From the NCBI GenBank assembly GCA_965211635.1, contig OZ242948.1, positions 2,054,938 through 2,118,937 of the forward strand: a DNA stretch of 64,000 nt, in the 5' to 3' direction. Shown here piece by piece: positions 17,321 to 25,128 of the stretch (positions are counted from its first letter, which is position 1; each line of letters starts with the position of its first letter). The DNA comes from Dehalococcoidia bacterium. Its GTDB lineage: Bacteria > Chloroflexota > Dehalococcoidia > Bin125. The notes under the pieces were generated by a model, which had not been told where the DNA came from, searched no databases, and worked only from the letters and a program-made list of their open reading frames with translations. A program made the position numbers and the translations under genes.

Positions 17321-18708
17321 ACGAATCGATAGACGCAGCAGACGAGAGCGGGGCGACGCGAGCGCCTGAGGCAGCCGCCGCTTCCCCCGTGAGGGAGACC
17401 TCGGAACATCATCAGCTCGCTGATAGCTCGGAAGTCGCGATCGGCATTCGCATCCGCGAGGCCGCGCGCATCTACCACTTCGCCGCGCCGCGCGGACAGG
17501 TCTTTGTCGGAGATTATGTCGTGGTCGATCGCGGCCGCGGCGATCAGCTCGCCCGCGTCGTCACTGTGCCCGATGACGACGCGCCCGCCAGCGACGTGTC
17601 GCGTGATGTCCGACCCATCGTCCGCCTCGCCGACGCCGACGACCGCGACCGCGCCACAGCGCAAGGTGAACGAGCCGATCAGATCCTGCAGGAGATGCGC
17701 TCATCCGCTGTCCGCGCCAGTCTGGGCCTGTATCCCGTCGCGGTGGAACTCAACCTCGACGGCGACCAGGGGACAGCCTGGTTCCAGGCCCCCGATCACG
17801 TTGATTTCCGTCCTTTGGTCGAAGAGATCGAAGACCGTTATGACGTGAAGCTCAAGATGCAACAGGCCAATCAGCGCGAGCGGGCGAGCCTGGTCGATGG
17901 CTACGACATCTGCGGCCTCCGACTCTGTTGCTCGAGTTGGATGACTGACTTCCCCCATGTCGGCATCAGAGTGGCCAAGGATCAGGACCTGTCCCTGAAC
18001 CCCGACAGCATCTCCGGGGTCTGCGGGCGCTTGCTCTGCTGCCTGACGTTTGAGCATGAGGTGTACAGGGAGATGCGCGGGACGCTGCCGCGAGTCGGCA
18101 AGCGGGTCAGCACTCCAGCCGGCATGGGTAGGGTGATCAAGCTCAATGTGCTGCAGCAGAAGGTCACGATCTCGCTCGATGATCATCCTCAGCGTGTCGA
18201 AGTTCCAGCCGAGGAGATCGGCCTGGCCGTGCGTACGGAAGACGCGCCCAATCAAGCCCTGGCTGAGGCTGAACAGCAACAGCGCGAAGCAGATAGACGC
18301 GCCGCCGACTTGCGCCAGGCGGCAGCCCCGACACATGATCCCTCAGACGTGGAGCAATCTGACACGTCCTCGGACCGGCCAAAGCGCCGACGTCGACGCC
18401 GCTCACGCAAGCCAAAGGGGGATGCGAGGCCGACAACGCCGACAGACGACGCGGAACGCTCGCAGATGGACTCCGACGAGGCGACCGAGGTCGCGCCGAA
18501 GCGCCCCTCAAGACGCCGGCGACGCGGTAGAGCGCCAGTAGTGGGTCAGGCAGAACCCGCCCAGTCCGCGGACCACGGCGGGGATACCGAAGGCGGCGCT
18601 ACGCCAGCGCAGCCGCCTAGCGACGAGTCACGCCGCTCGCGCCGACGCAGGCGTCGCTCACGTCGCCCGGTCAACAGACAGACCGACGACGACGGCGCGT
18701 CGGACTAG
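17317..18708 (+). CDS. PSP1 C-terminal domain protein (YaaT/RicT-like) with Arg-rich low-complexity tail
   Basis: 463 aa. Core DICGLRLCCSSWMTDFPHVGIRVAKDQDLSLNPDSISGVCGRLLCCLTFEHEVY (PSP1 Cys pattern). Last ~130 aa are R/P/D-rich (RRRRRSRKPKG...RRSRRRRRRSRRP). Conserved holB-yaaT synteny. Confidence 0.8.
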   Translation: MNESIDAADESGATRAPEAAAASPVRETSEHHQLADSSEVAIGIRIREAARIYHFAAPRGQVFVGDYVVVDRGRGDQLARVVTVPDDDAPASDVSRDVRPIVRLADADDRDRATAQGERADQILQEMRSSAVRASLGLYPVAVELNLDGDQGTAWFQAPDHVDFRPLVEEIEDRYDVKLKMQQANQRERASLVDGYDICGLRLCCSSWMTDFPHVGIRVAKDQDLSLNPDSISGVCGRLLCCLTFEHEVYREMRGTLPRVGKRVSTPAGMGRVIKLNVLQQKVTISLDDHPQRVEVPAEEIGLAVRTEDAPNQALAEAEQQQREADRRAADLRQAAAPTHDPSDVEQSDTSSDRPKRRRRRRSRKPKGDARPTTPTDDAERSQMDSDEATEVAPKRPSRRRRRGRAPVVGQAEPAQSADHGGDTEGGATPAQPPSDESRRSRRRRRRSRRPVNRQTDDDGASD

Positions 18709-18716
18709 GAATCCGC

Positions 18717-19697
18717 TCAAATCCCAAACTCGGCCGCTTCATCGTCGACCGCGCCGCCGCTGTCGGCGAACAGCGAGGCCAGCGACTCCAACTGTTCCTC
18801 GTCATACCAGTGGATCACGATGCGCCCGCCGGCGGCCGGACCTTTGGCGCCGGCGCGAACTTCAACCTTGGTGCCGAGCGCGGACTCGAGCCGTTTCGCG
18901 GCCCTGAGCATCGATGGCGACGCTACTGGCTCCGTCGACCTTGAGTTCGGCCTGGTCAACGCGCGCACCGCGTCCTCCAGGACACGAACCGTCCAGCCAC
19001 CGGTGATGGCTCGGTTCGCCAGGCCATGCCGCTCGTCCTCGGGCGCCCCGAGCAGCGCTCGTGCGTGTCCTTCGCTCAACGCGCCGGAAGACACCATGGC
19101 CTGAATCGCCTCCGGCAGTCGTCGCAACCGCAAGGCGTTGGCGACCGCTGCACGACTCTTGCCCACCTGCCCGGCAATCCGCTCCTGGGTCCAGCCCGAT
19201 TCAACGAGCTGCTCGAACGCCGCCGCCGTCTCGATCGGATTCAGATCGCTGCGCTGCAGGTTCTCGACCAGGGCTAATGTCAAGCCATCGGAGTCATGCT
19301 GCGAATCTGCCTGGACGACGACCGGAACCTCCGACAGCCCGGCCAGGCCAGCAGCTCGCCAGCGACGTTCGCCGGCGATCAGCTCGTAGCCGCCCGAGCC
19401 CTGCGCCCGCACCAACAACGGCTGCAGGATTCCGTGCTCGCGAATACTGGCGGCCAACTCCTCCAGCCCCTCACGCTCGAACTCCTGGCGTGGTTGCGAC
19501 GGATTCCTGGTGATCGATCCGATCGGCGCATGCAGCCGGCCGTCCGTTGCCTCCTGCTCCGCAGAGGACGGGATCAGGGAGTCCAGGCCTCGACCGAGTC
19601 GCCGCTTGCGCTTTTCCTCTTCGGTTAGCGGTTGGGGCGGCCGCGAACCGAAGGTTGTGATCTTCGGCTCCGACGTTGCGATCTCCGATTGAGTCAT
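18717..19697 (-). CDS. parB: Chromosome partitioning protein ParB/Spo0J
   Basis: 326 aa, LGRGLDSLIP, ...ITRNPSQPRQEF...LAASIREHGILQPLLVR...YELIAGERRWRAAGLAGL (ParB box, HTH). Confidence 0.9.
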   Translation of the reverse strand: MTQSEIATSEPKITTFGSRPPQPLTEEEKRKRRLGRGLDSLIPSSAEQEATDGRLHAPIGSITRNPSQPRQEFEREGLEELAASIREHGILQPLLVRAQGSGGYELIAGERRWRAAGLAGLSEVPVVVQADSQHDSDGLTLALVENLQRSDLNPIETAAAFEQLVESGWTQERIAGQVGKSRAAVANALRLRRLPEAIQAMVSSGALSEGHARALLGAPEDERHGLANRAITGGWTVRVLEDAVRALTRPNSRSTEPVASPSMLRAAKRLESALGTKVEVRAGAKGPAAGGRIVIHWYDEEQLESLASLFADSGGAVDDEAAEFGI

Positions 19698-20500
19698 GCC
19701 TGTACTCCATCCACGACGCCGCCTCGGTAGATCGTCGATGGCGGTAGCGCTGCAAGGCGGCGTAACAACTCTCCCGCCAGCTCCCGATACGCCTCCGCCC
19801 CTCGCGAAGTCGGAGCGTAGTCGATGATCGGTCGCTGATGGCTCGGCGCCTCCGACAGGCGGATCGAGCGCGGGATAATCGTATCAAATGTCGAACTGAT
19901 ATGCGATTTAAGTTGGGCCGCGACATCCTGCGACAGCCGCGTGCGACCGTCGTACATCGTCGCCACCACACCCAGGAGCTGCAGCCCCGGATGCAGGTGC
20001 AACTGCACTCGACGAATCGTTTCCCGCAGCGCAGTCAAGCCCTCCAGCGCTAGGTACTCGCACTGCACCGGCGCGATCGCGGCGTCCGCGGCGGCCAGCG
20101 CGTTCAATGTCATCAGACCGAGCGACGGGCCGCAGTCGATCAGGACCAGCTCGTACTGCGGCGCCACGTCTGCCAGCATCGCGCGCAGCACGAACTCCCG
20201 GTTCGGCCTGGATGCGAGCTCGAGCTCGGCCGCGACCAGGTCTATCGATGATGGCGCGATGTCGAGGTTGGGCCAGGCTGTAGGCACGACGCACTGCATG
20301 AGGGGCGCCTCGCCAAGCAGTGCGTCGAACATGCTGAGCGATGCGTGATTGGACCCAAGCGCCGACGTTGCGTTGGCCTGCGCGTCGGCATCAACCACAA
20401 GCGTGCGATGACCCATCTCCGCAGCGGCGGCAGCCAGATTGACGGTTGTCGTCGTCTTGCCGACGCCGCCCTTCTGGTTCGCGATCGCAACCACACTCAC
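19694..20500 (-). CDS. parA: Chromosome partitioning ATPase ParA/Soj
   Basis: 268 aa, MSVVAIANQKGGVGKTTTTVNLAAAAAEMGHRTLVVDADAQ (deviant Walker A KGGxGKT). ATGA overlap with parB. Confidence 0.9.
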   Translation of the reverse strand: MSVVAIANQKGGVGKTTTTVNLAAAAAEMGHRTLVVDADAQANATSALGSNHASLSMFDALLGEAPLMQCVVPTAWPNLDIAPSSIDLVAAELELASRPNREFVLRAMLADVAPQYELVLIDCGPSLGLMTLNALAAADAAIAPVQCEYLALEGLTALRETIRRVQLHLHPGLQLLGVVATMYDGRTRLSQDVAAQLKSHISSTFDTIIPRSIRLSEAPSHQRPIIDYAPTSRGAEAYRELAGELLRRLAALPPSTIYRGGVVDGVQA

Positions 20501-20566
20501 GTCGGTGCGCCTCCGGACATCGTGTTACCAAGATAATGGTCAACTCGTTACGTCGGGTAACCGACG

Positions 20567-21613
20567 CTATTCGTCACGGTACAGAATCCGCACCCGACGT
20601 GACGAGCCCTCGCCGAACGACTCGGTGCGCACATCCGGATCGTCCTGCAGTTGCAGGTGGATGATCCGCCGCTCCGCCGCCGGCATCACACCGAGGGTCA
20701 CCGGTTCGCCGCCATCTCGCACTTCAGACGCCGCACGTTGAGCCATTTCTTCCAGGGCCGTCTCGCGGCGGCGGCGGTAGCCATCGACATCGACGGTCAT
20801 CGGATTGTTGCCGTCCAGCGCTCGGCTCACGATCACGTTGACGACGTACTGCAGGGCTGACACGTGGGCTCCGTGCCGCCCAATCAGCAGGCCCAGGTCC
20901 TCTTCACCTACCGGGTTGACGTCGAGCACCGCCACCGCGTGACCGAGACCGTCCATCGGCGTTGCAGGATCACGGGCCGTGACGTCAACGTCGAATCCAA
21001 GCTGATGCGCAATGTCGGTCAGCACCTCGACCGCGAACTCGCGAGGGTTCTCATTCGGCTCGTAGTCAGGGTCCGCCAGCAGATCGAAGGGGCCAATCGG
21101 TTCGCGAGCAGGCTGACGATCGCGGGCCTCGTTGCGCGTCCCGGCACGACTGCGTCCCGGGCTTCTGGATCGCGTTCGTTCGCGCCTGCCCGAACTCGCC
21201 GGCTCTACCTGGCGAGGACGCGAGCGCGAGCGATGATCTGGCTGTACCTCCCGCTGTGTCTCGCCCGTGTCCGCGGCTTGCCGCGGCGCTCGCGACGCCA
21301 CAGGCCGTTGAGTCGTGGTTCGCCGAGCGGCAGGTCGCGGACGTTGGCCGGGCTCAACCTCGGTCAGGTCGGAGTAGTCGTCGATCTTGGGCAATGCCGA
21401 TGCATCATCGGGCGGGGCAGACGCGCTTGCCCCGGCGCGGGGCGTGACGCGCACCAGCGACTGCGCGTGACCAATTCCAAAAATGCCGGTCCGACCCTCC
21501 TCCAGCACCTCTACGTCGACCTGCGCGCGAGTCATCCTCAGACGCCGCAACGCAGCCTGGACCGCATCATCCACAGTTCGTCCCGATTGTTCGATTGGAT
21601 TGCGATTCGCCAT
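20567..21613 (-). CDS. Jag/KhpB RNA-binding protein (Jag_N, KH, R3H) with long low-complexity linker
   Basis: 348 aa. N-terminus GRTVDDAVQAALRRLRMTRAQVDVEVLEEGRTGIFG (Jag_N). C-terminus MPAAERRIIHLQLQDDPDVRTESFGEGSSRRVRILYRDE (R3H). Downstream of yidC as usual. Confidence 0.8.
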   Translation of the reverse strand: MANRNPIEQSGRTVDDAVQAALRRLRMTRAQVDVEVLEEGRTGIFGIGHAQSLVRVTPRAGASASAPPDDASALPKIDDYSDLTEVEPGQRPRPAARRTTTQRPVASRAPRQAADTGETQREVQPDHRSRSRPRQVEPASSGRRERTRSRSPGRSRAGTRNEARDRQPAREPIGPFDLLADPDYEPNENPREFAVEVLTDIAHQLGFDVDVTARDPATPMDGLGHAVAVLDVNPVGEEDLGLLIGRHGAHVSALQYVVNVIVSRALDGNNPMTVDVDGYRRRRETALEEMAQRAASEVRDGGEPVTLGVMPAAERRIIHLQLQDDPDVRTESFGEGSSRRVRILYRDE

Positions 21614-21697
21614 TGCCAGTTCTCCAACTCAGCATCGTGTCGGGCGTAGCCGGCGCACTTGAATCTGGTCGGCGGGCCCGGAGTATCCCACTTGCTG

Positions 21698-22633
21698 TTA
21701 GCGCGATCTGCTCGCGCGCCGTCTTCGTTGCCGTCTTCGTCTTGCTGCGCTCGTCGTCTTTCGAGCCGGGCGCTGCGGTTCCGGTTCGTCTGCTTCGACG
21801 ATCTCTGCCGATTGCTCGGCGATAGCCGTCGTGCCGTTGGCTGCAACCCCTGCAGCCGGAGCAGGAAGGGGCTCCGAGGAGAGCAGCCACTTCCATGACC
21901 AGCGCAGACCCTGGCGGTAGAAGTAGTAGTACCAGGAGGTGATGATTGTGAATACCGAGGTGACCAGCCAGTAGAGACCGAGCCCCGCCGGCACTTGCAA
22001 GGTGAAGAACCCGAACATGAACGGCATCATCCACAGCATGGTGCGATTCATGGACTCCGAGCGCTCGTCGCGCGGTCCCATCCGAGCGGTCGACACCTTC
22101 TGCTGAATGTACGCCGTCACGCCAACCATGATGGCGAGCGGCAGCGACTGCTCGAGCGAGGACGATCCCAGGTCCCAGAAGAGGAAGTCGCGATTGATAG
22201 GGATCGCCGACGTGATGTAGGACCAGTCGTACAGGTCGCTGGACAAGCGCAGCAACTGTTCGGGAGTGTCACCCAGCGTCCGTCGCAGCACCTGGTAGAG
22301 CGCGATCCAGATCGGCATCTGAACCAACAGCGGCCAGAGGCAACCGAGCGGATTGAAGCCTGCCTCGCGGTAGACCTTCATCAACTCTTCCTGGCGCCGT
22401 CGAGGGTCCTTGTACTTCTTCTGAATCTCCTGCATCCGCGGCTGCATCTCCTGCATCGAACGCGTTGCACGGAGCTGTCGCAGCGTGAGCGGATACGTAA
22501 TCACACGCACAATCAGGGTGAACAGGATGATTGCGACGCCGTAATTGTCATCGACGGCGTGGGCGATCACGATCAGCCCATTCATGATTGGGCCGATCAG
22601 AATGTCATTCCAGATAAAGTCGAGAATGTCCAT
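21698..22633 (-). CDS. yidC: Membrane protein insertase YidC (short, Gram-positive type)
   Basis: 311 aa, ...YPLTLRQLRATRSMQEMQPRMQEIQKKYKDPRRRQEELMKVYREAGFNPLGCLWPLLVQMPIWIALY..., characteristic YidC/Oxa1 TM2-3 region. Confidence 0.9.
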   Translation of the reverse strand: MDILDFIWNDILIGPIMNGLIVIAHAVDDNYGVAIILFTLIVRVITYPLTLRQLRATRSMQEMQPRMQEIQKKYKDPRRRQEELMKVYREAGFNPLGCLWPLLVQMPIWIALYQVLRRTLGDTPEQLLRLSSDLYDWSYITSAIPINRDFLFWDLGSSSLEQSLPLAIMVGVTAYIQQKVSTARMGPRDERSESMNRTMLWMMPFMFGFFTLQVPAGLGLYWLVTSVFTIITSWYYYFYRQGLRWSWKWLLSSEPLPAPAAGVAANGTTAIAEQSAEIVEADEPEPQRPARKTTSAARRRRQRRRRASRSR

Positions 22634-22663
22634 CGTGGTCCGTCTTAGCTCGTTTTCGGCATG

Positions 22664-23827
22664 CTAGTTCGGCGGGTAGAGTCTGACCGCCTGGTTGGCG
22701 CCCAACAGCACTGCGTACAGCACGCCGTCTTCGTCGCTGACCAGGATGCGGTCGTCCTTGAGGACTGCATTGGCCATCAAGTCCTTGGCCTTTTCCAGTT
22801 GGAACTGGCGCAATAGCGAACCGTCGCTTGCGTTGAGTTGATGGATCATCCCGCCTCGCGCGACGATCACGAGGATGCCGCCGCTGCTGTCAGGGTCGTC
22901 AAACTCAACGAACAGTGGACGCGCGCGAATTCGGTCGTCTGCCGCGTATGGCTGCAGCCAGCGGGGCTGGCCGCTGAGAGCGTCGAGGGCATAGACGTTG
23001 CCGCGAAGATCGGTCATGTAGATGACATCGCCGTGAATCAGAGGCGTGCCCCAGATCCAGTGCGAGGCCTGTGCGGTCCAGATCTGGGCGCCGGTTGCCG
23101 CATCGATTCCGTAGAAGATCCGGTCCAGTCCACCCACGTAGACGATGCCGTCGGCGGAGACTATCGAGCCGGCGATCCCCGCGTCAATTTCTATCTGCCA
23201 CGCCGGCGTTCCCGCTTCAGCGCCGGAGATGTGCAAGGCCGTCACCCTGCCATCCAGTCCGGCGACGATGAGTAACTTACCTCGATCTGTCTCGACCAGA
23301 ACCGGGCCGCTCCAGATTTGCAGGTCGGAGTCGCCGCTCCAGGTCCAGACAGACGAACCGGGTTGCTCGATATCTACAGCATGGACTCGATAGGCCGTAT
23401 CTGCCAGATAGACGCGTGTGCCTTCCACGACGAGGTCAGCGACGATTCGCGCCTCGGTGGCAAAGAGCTCACGTGCTGACTCCCCGTCTCCGCGTACTGC
23501 GTAGAGCACGCCGTCGGAGTAGCCGGAGAGCAGCCACTCCTCCGTCTCAGGCACCCAGACCGGATCGGCGTAAAAGGCGACCGGGTCGATCTCGAAGTCA
23601 AGCCCCGGGAATCTGCCGTCGTCGTCGGGAAACTCCCACGCGGCGGCGCCGAGATTGCCATCCAACAACTGCACCGCGACCACGGTGTTGTCTCCGGTTG
23701 GAGCGAGCAAGCGCGTGTCCGGTTCGAGCGGATCGGGAGTTGGCGCGGCCCAGCCGTCGGGCTGGTCGGCCACGTCACAGGCGGCGATCACGGGCAGCGT
23801 CAACAGCACAATCGCTGCGGCGACCAT
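22664..23827 (-). CDS. PQQ-like beta-propeller repeat lipoprotein (BamB-like fold)
   Basis: ORF track 22664..24004. Probable start at MVAAAIVLLTLPVIAACD (lipobox VIAAC). Repeated WxxxxDG / GxxYxxDxxxG blades (VYALDALSGQPRWLQ, LYAVLLG). Unusually inserted between yidD and yidC. Confidence 0.7.
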   Translation of the reverse strand: MVAAAIVLLTLPVIAACDVADQPDGWAAPTPDPLEPDTRLLAPTGDNTVVAVQLLDGNLGAAAWEFPDDDGRFPGLDFEIDPVAFYADPVWVPETEEWLLSGYSDGVLYAVRGDGESARELFATEARIVADLVVEGTRVYLADTAYRVHAVDIEQPGSSVWTWSGDSDLQIWSGPVLVETDRGKLLIVAGLDGRVTALHISGAEAGTPAWQIEIDAGIAGSIVSADGIVYVGGLDRIFYGIDAATGAQIWTAQASHWIWGTPLIHGDVIYMTDLRGNVYALDALSGQPRWLQPYAADDRIRARPLFVEFDDPDSSGGILVIVARGGMIHQLNASDGSLLRQFQLEKAKDLMANAVLKDDRILVSDEDGVLYAVLLGANQAVRLYPPN

Positions 23828-23863
23828 GCGAGAACGGATCGCAGGCGGGCTGGGCGCCGTTCG

Positions 23864-23879
23864 ATGTTTCACGTGAAAC
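23864..23879. promoter_or_regulatory. Perfect 14-16 bp palindrome TGTTTCACGTGAAACA (copy 1), candidate operator
   Basis: Read directly. ~40 nt upstream of the probable start of the BamB-like lipoprotein gene. Confidence 0.4.
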
Positions 23880-23990
23880 ACCCCAACGATCTCGCGCCAG
23901 ATCCACCGGAGCTGGCCGGACCGGGAGGATGACCAAGACAGTCGGCGCCGTGGCCCAGCAGCGGCGCCGGCGACTTGAGCCGGAAGAGTT

Positions 23991-24350
23991 TCAGATTGTT
24001 TCACGTGAAACGTCCTGCTCGCCTGTCGTCGTCATCTCGTTGTGCCGATTGCGGGCGCGCGTTGGCACCGGGTCGAATCCACCAGCATTCATCGGATTGC
24101 AGCGCAACAGGCGCCAGGCGCCAAGTCCGATGCCTACGACCGCGCCGCGCTGACAGACCGCATCGAGCATGTACTGGGAACAGGACGGCTCGAAGCGGCA
24201 GCGTGAACCCATCGCCGCAAAGAGCGGAGAAAGCACTATCTGGTAGCCGCGCAACGCCGTCAGTACGCCCCGATCGACGATCCGCGACAGCGGTGTCAGC
24301 AAACGAGTCAATGGCGCACGCACGTTCACCGGCGCCCTCGTCGGAATCAA
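23991..24350 (-). CDS. yidD: Membrane protein insertion efficiency factor YidD
   Basis: RGYQIVLSPLFAAMGSRCRFEPSCSQYMLDAVCQRGAVVGIGLGAWRLLRCNPMNAGGFDPVP, the canonical YidD Cys motif. Follows rnpA. Confidence 0.8.
   Translation of the reverse strand: MIPTRAPVNVRAPLTRLLTPLSRIVDRGVLTALRGYQIVLSPLFAAMGSRCRFEPSCSQYMLDAVCQRGAVVGIGLGAWRLLRCNPMNAGGFDPVPTRARNRHNEMTTTGEQDVSRETI
23997..24012. promoter_or_regulatory. Perfect palindrome GTTTCACGTGAAAC (copy 2), 133 bp from copy 1
   Basis: Read directly. Lies at the 3' end of yidD. Confidence 0.4.
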
Positions 24351-24787
24351 CTCCCACCTCTCGAACCATGCGTCGAACCATGCGTCGAACCATCCGTCGA
24401 ACCATGCGCTTCGGCGTCGCGCATCAATCCTCGCACCAACCTGGCCAGAGTTGCGTCGAGGGTGCGGAAGTCAGCTTCCGCCGAACCATCTCTCGCCACC
24501 ACAACCACATCCAATCCTGCGCACTTCCCTTCCTGGTTGAGCCGACGCGCTGATTCACGCAAACGCCTTCTGATGCGATTCCTGACCACCGCTCCTCCCA
24601 GCCGGGAACTGATGGCAAAGCCGAACCGGCATGGGCCATCGAGCGAGTCTTCAGCGCGTTGAAGGGCCCTCAACGCCAGCACTCCGCTGGATCGGCGTCG
24701 ACCGTCCTGGAACACTGCGTCAAACTCCGACTTTCGTCGCAGACGCTGATCGGCACGCTTCATGGTCCGCACGGCCTGATCGTTCAC
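24347..24787 (-). CDS. rnpA: Ribonuclease P protein component
   Basis: 146 aa, basic, RRKSEFDAVFQDGRRRSSGVLALRALQ... Positioned between rpmH and yidD. Start may be at MKRADQRLRRK. Confidence 0.8.
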   Translation of the reverse strand: MNDQAVRTMKRADQRLRRKSEFDAVFQDGRRRSSGVLALRALQRAEDSLDGPCRFGFAISSRLGGAVVRNRIRRRLRESARRLNQEGKCAGLDVVVVARDGSAEADFRTLDATLARLVRGLMRDAEAHGSTDGSTHGSTHGSRGGS

Positions 24788-24847
24788 GAGAATCGCTTAC
24801 CCGTTGGATGAGCGGGTTTCATGGACACCGGAACAGACTTGTGACGC

Positions 24848-24988
24848 TCAGACGACGGTCAGCCGACGACGGCCACGTGCGCGGCGGCGTTTGAGTACGG
24901 CGCGGCCGCCGCGGCTCGACATTCGCTTCAGGAATCCATGTTCCCGCTTGCGCGGAATCCGTTTTGGTTGATACGTGCGTTTCGGCAT
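24848..24988 (-). CDS. rpmH: 50S ribosomal protein L34
   Basis: Own minus-strand translation: [46 protein letters not shown] (46 aa). Not in the ORF track (<60 aa). Canonical L34, upstream of rnpA. Confidence 0.85.
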   Translation of the reverse strand: MPKRTYQPKRIPRKREHGFLKRMSSRGGRAVLKRRRARGRRRLTVV

Positions 24989-25128
24989 CGTCTCCCTCAA
25001 CACATCACAGGACACGCCGGCCCGGTCGTCGAAGAGCGGTAGGACAAGTACCGCTCAGTATAAGCCAGTCACGTCGGTTTCCACGTTGCCTGAGTTGCGT
25101 TCCTGCACAGTTGCCGCATGCCTGCTGC

